Position numbers and translations under genes: made by a program. From contig OX597833.1 in NCBI GenBank assembly GCA_951406725.2, forward strand, positions 54,250,001 to 54,314,000: a DNA stretch of 64,000 nucleotides. The letters are read 5' to 3'. Source of the DNA: Octopus vulgaris. Lineage: Eukaryota. The notes beneath the pieces were generated by a model. That model saw only the letters and a program-made list of their open reading frames with translations, made no database searches and had not been told where the DNA came from. This document shows positions 24,817 through 37,309 of this stretch, piece after piece (the stretch's first letter is position 1; every line of letters starts with the position of its first letter).

Positions 24817-25037
24817 CCCTTTCGTTACTGTATTTATTTTGAGATGCTCTGTGTTTCTTTCAATTAGTTTTAAATATAACAAAGAATTTAGTAAAATAAC
24901 TTGGTTATCATTAAGCTAGTGTTACAAACATAAATTGTGACTAAGGTTTGGTGGAAGATTTTAATTGAGAACTTTTGAAAACAAAACATTTGTACTCAGA
25001 GCCAGAGCCAGTTTCAGGTGGGTTGGTATCGAAAGGG
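24817..25037. mobile_element. piggyBac-type MITE, second family
   Basis: TTAA-CCCTTTCGTTAC ... GTATCGAAAGGG-TTAA. An inverted copy lies at 50626-50845 and a relative ends at ~32105. Confidence 0.85.
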
Positions 25038-25194
25038 TTAAAACACTCATTACAAATTCAGGTAAGAATTGTAAAATCATGTACCAAGATGCGTAAAAAA
25101 ACACGAGTAAGCTTTCATTTTTTGATGTAACACACACACACACACACACACACATTAGCACTTCCATTGGTTATCACAACATTGGGGGTCCTAA

Positions 25195-25480
25195 GTGATC
25201 TGATCAACAGAACAGTCTACTTGTGAAATTAACATGCAAGTGGCTGAGTACTCCACAGACATGTGTACCCTTAACGTAGTTTTCAGAGAGATTCAGTGTG
25301 ACACAGGGTGTGACAAAGCTGGCCCTTTGAAATACAAGTACAACTCATTTTTTGCCAGCTCAGTGAACTGGAGCAATGTGGAATAAAGTGTCTTGCTCAG
25401 GGCTGCAATGCACTGCAGGGAATCAAACCTAGGACCTTATGATCATGGGCCGAATGCCCTAACCATTAAACCACATGCCT
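25195..25480 (-). mobile_element. tRNA-derived SINE family C (relatives 28865-29200+, 31480-31780+, 41270-41385-, 63545-63690+)
   Basis: tRNA-like head followed by the conserved block TGAGCAAGACACTTTATT.CACATTGCTCCAGTTCACT.AGCTG. Confidence 0.75.
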
Positions 25481-25524
25481 TCACCCCCCCCCACACACAC
25501 TCACATGTTTTAGAACTGGCCACT

Positions 25525-25944
25525 ACTCTTTACTCTTTTACCTGTTTCAGTCATTTGATTGGGGCCATGCTGGAGCACCGCCTTTAGTCGAGCAAATCGA
25601 CCCCAGGACTTATTCTTTGTAAGCCTAGTACTTATTCTATCGGTCTCTTTTGCTGAACCGCTAAGTTACGAGGATGTAAATACACCAGCATCGGTTGTCA
25701 AGCGATGTTGGTGGTGGGGGAGACAAACACAAACACACAAACATACACATACATATATATATATATATATTACATATATATGACGGGCTTCTTTCAGTTT
25801 CCGTCTACCAAATCCACTCACAAGGCTTTGGTTGTCCCGAGGCTATAGTAGAAGACACTTGCCCAAGTTGCCATACAGTGGGACTGAACCCGGAACCATG
25901 TGGTTGGTAAGCAAGCTACTTACCACACAGCCACTCCTGCGCCT
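25525..25944 (-). mobile_element. SINE family A, full length
   Basis: Matches family A. Confidence 0.92.
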
Positions 25945-27115
25945 TCATACACTTAAAGGAACATCCCATTCAATATGGTGAGAAGTATATGCTTAATAGT
26001 TACAGACACAAGTAGATAAGTAGAATAACTGGCAGAACTAAATGACCTCCCTATCGTTTGAAAACAATATTTTTGATTTAATGTTAACAGAATAACTCTG
26101 AGTGAGTCATTGTAATAATAGCATTGATGCTTCCTTGCTACCATGACAACCAATGTTATTTCTTCTTGGAATTTAAGTTTGAAAGCTGAATCAATGCAGA
26201 AGAATTGCAACTTGATGAAATCTCCAAGAGGCTTACATGCACAAGTCTCTGATATCCAAGTAGCTAAAAATTGTCACTGAAGGACATCTAGGAGTCATGA
26301 CCTGGATGTGACCCAGCTCTCTTAGAGTGTAAGGAGTCAAGGGCTGGGACACTTGCCTGAAGCAGGGTTCCTCCTCCGAAGATGACCTTCTACTATTCAG
26401 TTTCTCTTGAGAGTTTCCAAACACTTTTTTCCGAAAACAAAAATTTCTCCAAAATTTAATAAATCATGTCGTTATCAAAGTAAAAGAAATCACAGTCTCT
26501 GCTTTATGGAGATGCCCTCGCAATGAAGGTGAAAACACAAACATGAATGAAAATACTCCATTTGCAGTCACTCATGATTGTAGAAACCACAGCATTTTAC
26601 ATTCGGTTAAATGATACCTTCCAATTTTACATCAATCGTCAAATCTTAGAAAAATAATTGAATAATGACAAATCATCAACAGCCAAAGGCAACCATCTAA
26701 TTTTTTTAAAAAAACTAATACTCTTAACAAAGGTGCAATTCACATCAGGGGAAGAAATAAAGCAGGTGACAAACTGCAGAGATCCTCTCCCCTCTGTGAT
26801 GGGACTTGTGAAATAATTAAACTGAAAACAACTGAGGGATTCGTGAATGGGAAGGAATTGAAGGTGAATGCAAACATGAATTGGGAAGCAAAAAACAGAA
26901 ATCTCATTTACTGCATCACATCCCTGCAAAGCAATGAGAATTACATTTGTCAAGCATGGACAAAATTAATACATCCTGTTATGTGTCATGTTAGAGTACA
27001 GAAACAACAAGTTAAAGATTTCCTTATTTCTGAACATCCAGTCATTTATCTGGTCAAATGGAAAATTTAAAATATTTTCTGTTTTTTTTTCCAAATAAAG
27101 GAAGAAAATGATCAA

Positions 27116-27702
27116 CGCAGGAGTGGCTGTGAGGTAAGTAGCTTGTTTACCAACCACATGGTTCCGGGTTCAAACTCCATCTGACCCATGCAAGCAAGGA
27201 AAAAATAAATGATGACAATGACGATGATGATGACGATGACGATGATGATGATGATAACACTGATGATGACAACAACGACGACGACGACGATGATGATGAT
27301 GATGATTATGATGATAATGAGGATGTTGGTGGTGATGATGATGATGAGGTATCCAAGACAGTCATCAAATCTGTTTTTCTTTCTTTTAATGCCTTGTGAG
27401 GGGATTTGGTAGATGGAAACTGAAAGAAGCCTGTCGTATATATGTATATATATGTGTGTGTATGTGTGTATGTGTGTGTGTTTGTGTGTCTGTGTTTGTC
27501 CCCCTAGCATCGCTTGACAACCAATGCTGGTGTGTTTACGTCCCCGTCACTTAGCGGTTCGGCAAAAAGAGACCGATAGAATAAGTACTGGGCTTACAAA
27601 AGAATAAGTCCCGGGGTCGATTTGCTCGACTAAAAAGGCGGTGCTCCAGCATGGCCGCAGTCAAATGACTGAAACAAGTAAAAAGAGTAAAAAGAGTAAA
27701 GA
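27116..27702 (+). mobile_element. SINE family A with a foreign ~220-bp segment (27171-27389) replacing part of the body
   Basis: The SINE breaks after GGTTCCGGGTTCA and resumes at GCCTTGTGAG. Confidence 0.88.
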
Positions 27703-28261
27703 GATGAAAAGCGGAAGAATAACACTTCATAAGAAGTCTAAAACCAAAACTAAACCAAAATTATTCAACACTACAACAATTAATAAACTTTCTGTATATG
27801 GATTGCATCATAACATATGAGTTTGACAAATTTAACAATGAAAGCACTTACACACGTAGCCTGTAAATTTCTTTCCAAAAGGTCTGTGTCATTTGGTTTT
27901 ACTACAATTTAAAAATTATATTTATATAATGTATTTTACAAAAAAGCTTGAACTCAGTAAAAAAAAAAGCCTAAGTTCTTTTACACACGTATGGAATTTG
28001 TTATAATCTATCTTACAAATTGACTCTGATGTCATTGGTTGGCCTGAGGCTATAGTAGAAGACACTTGTTTTAAAAATTTAATTTCTCAGATCAACAGTT
28101 TGTACTTTTACCTAATATTTCAACATTTCAGGCTTAAAAACAATTATTAAAACATATATATATATATGCTACCTTCATCTCTGCTTCTTCCTTCTTTGTT
28201 ATTTAATTAAATTAAAGGCGAAAACCACGAGTCTCCCCTTGTTATTACATCCATTTTCTTC

Positions 28262-28380
<119 letters not shown>

Positions 28381-28495
28381 CATATATATATATAGTTAAT
28401 CCAAACATGAAAACACAAACAGAAAACACAACAACGTGAGGACGTGGAACAAATATAGTATTATTGGACGCACAGGAAGGAAGGAAAGAAGGAGG

Positions 28496-28530
28496 GTTTA
28501 ACGTTTTGAGTGGAGCTCTTCGTCAGAAAC
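28496..28530 (-). ncRNA. Degenerate minimal hammerhead motif in a PLE-like repeat (~28395-28600)
   Basis: Minus strand GTTT CTGACGA A GAGCTCCACTC AAAA CG TT AAAC. Stem I is GTTT/AAAC and stem III is the ACGT palindrome. GAAA reads AAAA, consistent with CpG decay. Confidence 0.6.
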
Positions 28531-28687
28531 ATAGGAAAAGGAAAGATCCAAAGAAGGGAAGACGGAGGAAAAATTCGCCAACGGTACACACGAGGTCATA
28601 TATATACACATCTATATATATTCGTCATGATAGATCACTAGCCACTAAACCATTTTCTATTTTCTCTCCCTGTTTATTTCTGTATTC

Positions 28688-28723
28688 CTTTCTATGAAAG
28701 AGCCTAGGCTCAAAACATAAAAG
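28688..28723 (+). ncRNA. Highly degenerate hammerhead-like motif
   Basis: CTTT CTATGAA A GAGC-CTAG-GCTC AAAA CATA AAAG. The stems are retained but the core is mutated. Downstream CTTCCTGAGCGT resembles the neighbouring element. Confidence 0.35.
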
Positions 28724-29224
28724 ACTTTCTCACTTCCTGAGCGTGAAACTAATACATCTGTTTGTTGTTTACACACATCTTCGTCTTTTTCGTTTTTTGT
28801 AAATTCTCACTATATATATATTATATCAGAACATGCATCATGAAATGCATACATCATGAAGTTACATGAACGAGTGGCTAGAGTGTTGAGCTCACAATCA
28901 TGAAGAAGTGAGTTTGATTCCTGGACTGGGCTGTGTGTCATATTCTTGAGTAAAATACTTTATTTCACATTCCTCCAGTTCCCTCAGCTCTAGAAATGAG
29001 TTGTGACATCACTAGTGCCAAGCTGTATCAGCCTTTGCCTCTTTCTTGGATAACATTGGTGGTATGGAGAGAGGAGGCTGGTATGCCTGAGCGAATGCTG
29101 GTCTTCCATAAATAACCTTGCCCGGACTTGTGCCTTGTAGAGAAACTTTCTAGGTGCAATCCCACAGTCATTCGTGACTGAAGGGAGTCTTCACCATTAC
29201 CCCTTGTGAAACTATACTATTCTA

Positions 29225-29268
<44 letters not shown>

Positions 29269-29330
29269 ATTTTAAAATTATAAGTATATGAAAGAATGGA
29301 GTTGAACGACTAGTTAACAAATATCCTTTA

Positions 29331-29413
29331 TTCTCGACATATGTTTCAAAGGCTGCATATTCCTAATTCCGAAGGAATAAGGAGTACATTATGCAGATTT
29401 CTCATCAGGAAAA
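29331..29413 (-). ncRNA. Type I hammerhead ribozyme motif with extended stem II in a PLE pseudo-LTR relic (~29275-29540)
   Basis: Minus strand TTTTC CTGATGA GAAATCTGCATA...TATGCAGCCTTT GAAA CATATG TC GAGAATAAA. It has a canonical core, palindromic stem III ACATATGT, GUC cleavage triplet and overlapping AATAAA. Confidence 0.8.
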
Positions 29414-29734
29414 TCAAGGAACTTATGTCGACATCAAAATGCACAAAAAGCTTTTAGCTCACCGCTCTCAAGGAGCCCATGGTGATAATGAGTGTCTCTT
29501 TATAATGAGTGACGTCAGAGTGGTTGAATGTAGAAGAATCTAATATATATATTTACTTATGTACTAACTTTTGTATAGTTTCTCTCTACTGACATCATTC
29601 ATGAAACATTTGTTGGCACCAGGCTACAGACACTTGCACCTGGTGCCACAAAGTAGGAACGAACTGTAAACTACACGGCTGCGAGACAAACTTCTTAACT
29701 ATGCAGCCATTCTATTATCAATACACACAATTAT

Positions 29735-30375
29735 GTACACACACACACACGCGCGTGCGTGTGCAGGTATATGTGTATATATATGTGTGTGTGTATATAT
29801 GTATGTATATATGTATGTGTGTGTATGTGTATGTGTATGTATATATGCTTATATATGTACATGTGTGTGTATGCATGTATGTATATATGTTTATATGTGT
29901 ACATGTGTGTGTATGCATGTAGGTATGTATGTTTATGTGAGTACATGTGTGTGTATGCATGTATGTATATATGTTTATATTTGTACATGTATGTATATGC
30001 ATGTGTGTATATGCATGTGTGTATAAGCATGTGTGTATGTATATGTTTATATGTGTAAAGTGTGTGTGTGTATGTATGTATATATGAGTACATGCATGTG
30101 TGTGTGTATGTATATATGTTTATATGAGTGCATGTATGTGTATGTATGTATGTATGTATGTATGTATATATGTTTATATGAGTCCATGTGTGTATGTATG
30201 AATGTATGTATGTATGTATGTTTATGTGTACATGTATGTATGTATGTATGTATGTATGTATGTTTATATGTGTACATGTATGTGTACGTGTGTATGTGCA
30301 CATGTGTGTGTCCGGGTGTATGTGTACATGTGTGTGTACGTGTATGTCTGTCTGTGTGTGTCTGTGTCTGTGAGT
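29735..30375. repeat. Compound (TG)/(TA)/(TATG) microsatellite
   Basis: Directly visible. Confidence 0.95.
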
Positions 30376-32210
30376 CTGCGTAATATCCACCTAGAGTGAT
30401 ACAAAGTATTATAAATTCCTTTTATATTTGCAGCTTTTATATTTTCAATCCTCTAAAAGAAAGAAAAAAAGGGGGGAAAAAAAAAAAGATACACAGAAAA
30501 AAATTTTTCTATTTTCTCCTAATTCTTGTTATTTAAGATTGTATTTTATTTTATAGTCAGTGAAATTGCATATTTGTGATCCAAGTTGTTTCTAGAGACC
30601 AATAATGATGAAGTTAATGGCGTACAGATCAAAGAATTGATCTCTTCCAATATTTCGCATCAATGACACAAAAACTATAATGGCAAGCTTATGTAAATTC
30701 AGGAATAAAAGAAAAAAAAATCTGATTCTTCATCCAAGCTTTGTATTTTGGTTTTTGTTGGATTTTTGCTCCACATTTTTGCATTTTTTTACCTTTTTTT
30801 TATTTTCATTTTTTCAGGTGTGAGTGAAGGTCACCGTTGAAGGTCAGATTTCTACATTAAAATAGAATGAACCAACCACTGCTGAAAAGTCAATCTGATA
30901 ACAGAGTTCAGGCTTCTGAGTGTATGATGTATTTGCGGCTAAAATGTTTTTCTTTCCAATCAGCTGTATGCGAGTTCAATCCTATTGCATGGCACCTTGG
31001 ATTATATATTACTTTCTATCATGGCTACAAATCGATCCAAAACCTTGTGAGTGAAATGGTATTGTTGTTACTGTTATTGTTGGAGTTTGGCCCTTAGGCA
31101 ACCCTTATCAAGCGGGTCAGTGAAGGTACGGGGCCTAGTGGTTCACATGCTGATCTCTTGACGAAATACCACTATGCATTTTGCCCGGCATGCTAACAAT
31201 TCTTATTTCTTTATTGCCCACAAGGGGCTAAACATAGAGGGGATGAACAAGGACAAAGGGATTAAGTCGATTACATCGACCCCAGTGCATAACTGATACT
31301 TAATTTATCGACCCCGAAAGGATGAAAGGCAAAGTCGACCTCGGCAGAATTTGAACTCAGAACGTAATGGCAGACGAAATACAGCTACGCATTTCGCCCG
31401 GTGTGCTAACAATTCTGCCAACTCACCACCTTCATGGAGGTTCATGATTGACCCAATCCTTATCAAGCAGGTGACCGAAGGCACATGGCTTAGTGGCTGG
31501 GGCTGTTTGGCTCAAGATTTTAGGATTATGAGTTTAATACTTGGCAACATATTGTGTCTCCAAGCAAGATATTTTATTCCATGTTGCTCCAGTCCCCTCA
31601 GCTGGAAAAAAACGAGTTGTACAGTATTTCAAAGGGCCAGCCTTGTTACACTCTGTGTTACACTGAATCCTTCTGTTCAGGTTATGCATGTCCGAAGAGT
31701 GCTCAACCACTTTCACATTAATTTCACGATCCAGTTGTTCTATAGATCCGATCAGCCAGAACATTAATCATTGTAACCAACAGAATGCCATTTTAATGAA
31801 GCAGATCTATAATCAAAAGTATTCTAGCCATGACCACCCATGTTTAAAACCAAAATGTGTGGCTGTTCTTTTTTTTATTTTTGCTAATCCTTTTGTTGTT
31901 ATTTCAGTTGAAATACACTGGCTTCGTTTCAATCAATTTTGAAAATATTAAAGAATTTAGTAAAATAACTTTGACATTATTAAGCTGGTTAGAACAAAAA
32001 TTAATATAAAATTTTGATGGAAGGTTTTAATTTAAATCATTTTAAAACAGAAAATTTGTATCATAGAACCAGGAGTAGTCTTAGCCAAGTTGGTATCAAA
32101 AGGGTTAACGCATTCATTATCATATTTCTGTTGAAATTCACTGCCTTTGCTTGGTTTGATTTTGAATATAATGAACGCTTCAGTAACATAACTTTGTCAA
32201 CATTAATGTA

Positions 32211-32740
32211 GGTAGCGGAGTGGCTGTGTTGTAAGTAGCTTGCTTACCAACCATATGGTTCTACTCTAGCCTCGAGCCAACCAAAGCCTTGTGAGTGGAT
32301 TTGGTAGACAGAAACTGAAAGAAGCCCGTCGTATATATATATATATAGGCGTAGGAGTGGCTGTGTGGTAAGTAGCTTGCTTACCAACCACATGGTTCCG
32401 GGTTCAGTCCCACTGCGTGGCACCTTGGGCAAGTGTCTTCTACTATAGCCTCGGGCTGACCAAAACCTTGTGAGTGGATATGCTAGACAGAAACTGAAAG
32501 AAGCCTGTCGTATATATGTATATATATGTGTGTGTGTCTGTGTTTGTCCCCCCCAACATCACTTCACAACTGATGCTGGTGTGTTTGCATCTCTATAACT
32601 TAGCGGTTCGGCAAAAAGAGACCAATAGAATAAGTACTGGGCTTACAAAGAATAAGTCCTGTGGTCAATTTGCTCGACTAAAGGCGGTGCTCCAGCATGG
32701 TCACAGTCGAATGACTGAAACAAGTAAAAGAGTAAAAAAA
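32211..32740 (+). mobile_element. Internally deleted SINE-A followed by a full SINE-A (32348-32740)
   Basis: Two successive heads. Confidence 0.88.
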
Positions 32741-33274
32741 AAGAGAGGGTATTAAGCTGGCATCCATAAAGTAGTGAGCTGTCAGAATCACTACTGTACC
32801 AAACAAAAAGCGTAGCAGCTTTTCATCCTGAGTTTGAATTCCATTAAAGAAGACTTAGCCTTTCTTTCTTTCAGGATCGATAAAATAGGTAACAGTTGAT
32901 CACTGAGGAGTTGGGGTTTAATCAATTTACACTCCTCTTCTGAATTTGTTGTCCTTGGGCCTAAATTTGAAACTGATATTAAGCTGGTGTCTGAAGCACA
33001 ATTTAAAATGAAATTTTGATGGAAGATTTAAATTTACATCACTTTTAAGCAAGAGCTTAGTATCATAAAACTTAAGGCAATCGAGCATGCAGTCTGTTAG
33101 AGGTTTTACTGTTATTTCTAACAGGTTAACTGACCACAAAGAAGTTCCCTCATGAGTTGAGAGGTGCTGTGTCTTGAGTGGTAGGGCTAAAAGGTGGTGC
33201 TCCAGCATGGCTGCAGTCAAATGACTGAAATAAGTAAAAGAATAAAGGAATAATATTAGGGCACTGGGAATGAT

Positions 33275-33362
33275 CATTATTTACATTTGACAGATAACCA
33301 CTATGCTGGTTAAAAGCACGGGCTGCTAACCCCAAGATTCTGAGTTTGATTCCAGGCAGTGA

Positions 33363-33427
<65 letters not shown>

Positions 33428-33595
33428 TCAAAAAATACCTTAGGAATGAGAACCCAGGTTTGAAATTTCCCCCAAGACACCTGATGAAGGCTGGAGGGTA
33501 TATCAGCCGAAATGTGTTAACAACAAACAAGATGAGGACAACTAACCATCAAATGTAAAATGTACATAATTCCTCATCTCTTAAATATTGAACTG
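33275..33595 (+). mobile_element. tRNA-headed retroposon with hammerhead and PLE-like inverted 5' end
   Basis: Inverted stub ATTATTTACATTTGACAGATA; tRNA-like TGGTTAAAAGCACGGGCTGCTAACCCCAAGATTCTGAGTTTGATTCC; (AAT)n; hammerhead; 3' tail; flanking repeat ACTGG(G/A)AATGAT at 33263-33274 and 33592-33603. Confidence 0.75.
33476..33518 (+). ncRNA. Hammerhead motif (stem III partly deleted in this copy)
   Basis: GACAC CTGATGA A GGCTG-GAGGGTATAT-CAGCC GAAA [CGT missing relative to the 61.9 kb copy] T GTGTT. Confidence 0.7.
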
Positions 33596-33715
33596 GAAAT
33601 GATATCAAGAGAACCAAACACACATGTGTACCAAATCTCTGGTTGCTACAAAATAAGTGAATTACAAAAGATCATATTTATGGGAACCTCACATATATTC
33701 TACATAAATTCTTGT
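33596..33715 (+). mobile_element. R4/Dong-like non-LTR element C-terminal fragment (continues left of the insertion at ~33252-33274)
   Basis: RALGMI / ISREPNTHVYQISGCYKISELQKIIFMGTSHIF resembles the GALG...ELQKxxLLGTAHIL terminus of R4/Dong elements. Confidence 0.65.
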
Positions 33716-33866
33716 CCATGTACATGCAAACCTTTACTCACTCTGTTTTTTTTTTTCTCTCTTATCTTTGATGGAGTCAGTGACAGGAATGGCATCAGGC
33801 CGTTGAAAATCTATCTCAACAAACTCCATCTGACCCATGCAAGCAAGGAAAAAATAAATGATGACA

Positions 33867-33903
<37 letters not shown>

Positions 33904-34774
33904 CTATGATGATGATGATGATGATGACGACGACGATGATGATGATGATGACGACGACGACGATGATGATGATCATGATGATAATGATGATGTTGGTGGT
34001 GATGATGATGAGGCATCCAAGACAGTCATCGAATCTGTTTTTCTCTCTTTTAACTTCTATTTTATTTTGTTTTTCATCAAGATGATAGAAAGTGATTAGA
34101 AAAGACTTGGTTGCTCTTTCTAGCAGGTTGACCAATGACCACGTGGGTGCTCCCTTCTTTTGTTACCTCAGTCTGGGAGAATAAATGGCAGACTTGATCT
34201 TAGCTGAACTTTGCTCAAATATTGAAAAAAAAAAAATGAACAGGTAACTCAAGAAATATTATTTAATGGTTTTATTCAATTTCAGAATGGAAAATTCATG
34301 ATCTAATGATTTTTAGTGCTTAGTCAGTCATATACCAAACACCTACTAACGTCCCTACATACCTACCCACATACCTACACACATCCCTGAGGCAAAGAAG
34401 ACAAGTAAAAGAAACCGGGAGATCAAAGTTCACCATTGTCAGGCCAATTATTGCGAAAGTATAATATACATTCTAGTGACAGTGTAATAATGTGATGCTA
34501 TAGAAATGTAGAAATCAGAAAATAATGATATGATATAATATAAGAAAATAATTATGTGATAATTCAATAAGAAATATAAGGAAACCTTAATATATATTGG
34601 TAGAAAAATTAGCTGTGTGGTTGAGAATTTCATTCTGTAACCATATGGTTCCAAGCTGGCATTTCTTTGTGCAACACCTTGAACAGGTATGAGTATATTC
34701 TGTCGTAGCTTCAGGCTGGTTAAAATCTTGTGATTGGAATTTGGCAGAGGGGAAAAACCATATAGTAAAACTAA

Positions 34775-34868
<94 letters not shown>

Positions 34869-34994
34869 CATCATATATATATATATATATATACGTTTAA
34901 ATATTTGTTGTGCAAGATTTTGGCTAAACTGGCAATATGACCATTCCGAAATATAACAATAAATATATATATATATATACACACACACATATAT

Positions 34995-35395
34995 TTACTC
35001 TTTTACTCTTTTACATGTTTCAGTCATTTAACTGTGGTCATGCTGGAGCACCACCTTTAGTCGAGCAAATCAACCCCAGGACTTATTCTTTGTAAGTCTA
35101 GTACTTATTCTATCAGTTTCTTTTGTTGAACTGCTAAGTTATGGGGAAGTAAACACACCAACATCGGTTGTCAAGCGATGTTGAGGGGGAACAAACAAAC
35201 ACACACACATACACACATACATACATATATATGATGGGCTTCTTTCAGTTTCCGTCTACCAAATCCACTCACAAAGCTTTGGTCGGCCTGAGGCTATAGT
35301 AGAAGACACTTGTCCAAGGTGCCATGCAGTGGGACTGAACCCGGAACCATGTGGTTGGCAAGCAAGCTACTTATCACACAGCCACTCTTGCGCCT
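34995..35395 (-). mobile_element. SINE family A, full length
   Basis: Matches family A. Confidence 0.9.
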
Positions 35396-35529
35396 ATATA
35401 TTCTTTTATTTGTTTCAATCATTTGACTGTGGCCATGCCGGATCATCACTTTGAGTTGAGCAAATTGACCCAAGGACTTATTCTTTGTAAGCCTAGTACT
35501 TATTCTATCAGTCACTCTGGCCAAACCGC

Positions 35530-35830
35530 TCACTTCATCTGGTTCTTCATTTCCTTTCTGTCTTCTTTTTAGGCCGTTTTCTGCTGTGTGCTTGATCACA
35601 GTTATTTCACTATCTGTAAGTCTTTTATTTCTGAAAATATCTCTCCCAACATTTGCTAACTTGTTTTGGTCCAAATATAGTCTGCTGTCTTGATTTCATG
35701 TTCCCCATATTTGATAAGAGTGTATGGTGTGTTTCTCTTCAGATGGCCTGCTAAATGCAAAATAACAGGTGTAAATTACATCTATATACTCTCCTCGGGT
35801 ACATTTGATCCATTTACACTTTTCTTTCTG
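35530..35830 (-). mobile_element. R4/Dong-like non-LTR element N-terminal fragment
   Basis: KCTRGEYIDVIYTCYFAFSRPSEEKHTIHSYQIWGT*NQDSRLYLDQNKLANVGRDIFRNKRLTDSEI resembles the N-terminal KW..E..CY...W...N....KLANxRRxI..NKRLT region of R4/Dong ORFs. Confidence 0.6.
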
Positions 35831-36059
35831 TGGCAGATGTGGCGGTGGACTTGGAGGGCTCAAACTGTCCCTAATTTTATAAAAATGTAAGTGGAATTGA
35901 TGAAGAAGAAATGGGCCAACCACATCCATAACTTGTACAGAATCAGACAATCACATCATTATACCAAGATGGTTACTATTAGATATTCTACACCATAGCC
36001 TATTATTCAAAGAATTAAGAGTTTTTCTAGCTGTTAGTATGATATCAATAAATTGGTAA

Positions 36060-36150
36060 GAAATAGATAAATAGATAGTTAGATAGATAAATAAATAAAT
36101 AGATAGATAGATAGATAGATAGACAGATAGATAGATAAATAAGTAAATAA

Positions 36151-36183
<33 letters not shown>

Positions 36184-36220
36184 CAGACAGATAGATTGAT
36201 TGATTGATAGACAGACAGAC

Positions 36221-36275
<55 letters not shown>

Positions 36276-36330
36276 TAGACAGACAGACAGATAGATAGAT
36301 AGATAGATAGATAGATGGATAAATAGATAT
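36060..36330. repeat. (GATA)n/(GACA)n microsatellite
   Basis: Directly visible. Confidence 0.95.
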
Positions 36331-36507
36331 TAGTATCCTAGCAAATATAAGAGTTTTGTCTGTACTGAGCTATGGTGAAGGACACTATTCCAAGGTGCTT
36401 TGCATTGAGATTGAACTTGAAACCACATGGTTGGGAAGCAAGCTTCTTAACTACACAGCCACGTCTGTGCTAAACCCATATCTATGCCTATAACATATAG
36501 TATATGT

Positions 36508-36547
<40 letters not shown>

Positions 36548-37309
36548 ATTTGTGTGTGTGTGTGTGCATGTGTGTGTGTGTGTGTGTGTGTGCATTTGTG
36601 TGTGTGTGTGTGTGAATTTGTGTGTGTGTGTGTGTATGCATTTGTGTGTGTGTACATGTGCACACGACACATGTATGTGTGTAAACTGCTTGATAGTTAA
36701 TGGAAGAAAATTAAGCATCTTCTTTTTGATATATTCATATAAAATTATTATAATTTTAATTAATCGTCAAAACAATTTTAAAAATTTAATAGTTAATTAA
36801 ATCTTTTAAGTAAAAATACCAATTATTGTATTTATCATGGCAGCCAAAAATGAACATTCATTAAACTCTTTGGAAAAATTTTTATTAATTACTTTACTTT
36901 AATTAAATACTTGGAAGAAGTTTTTTTTCAAAAATACTGCTTAATTAAGACAATAATTAAAAACCTTACACTTTTTCTCTCTGAAATTTAATGTATTTAG
37001 ATTTCAGCCCTGACAGAGTAAGGCTGCAAAGCTTGTATTAAGACTTGCTTGTTACTGTATCAGTACTAAGTCAAGGCCAGGTTGTTTCTGTACCAAACTA
37101 GATGTGACTGTACCAAGACCTACTTGTGGTTTATTAAAACCACCTTATGAATGTACCAAGATCTTATGACTGTCTCAAGATTAGTTTGTGAGTGTACGAG
37201 TCAGGGTTTGATTAAGACCCATAGAAGCTCTAAGCACTTAAATGACACTGGTACCCCCATATATATGTGTGATTCAAGATATAAGCAATAATAAACTATA
37301 AATCTCTAT

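Noticed and set aside
30555-30850. Possible exons after polypyrimidine tracts
   Set aside because: Short frames with stops, no recognisable protein and no consistent donor/acceptor pair.
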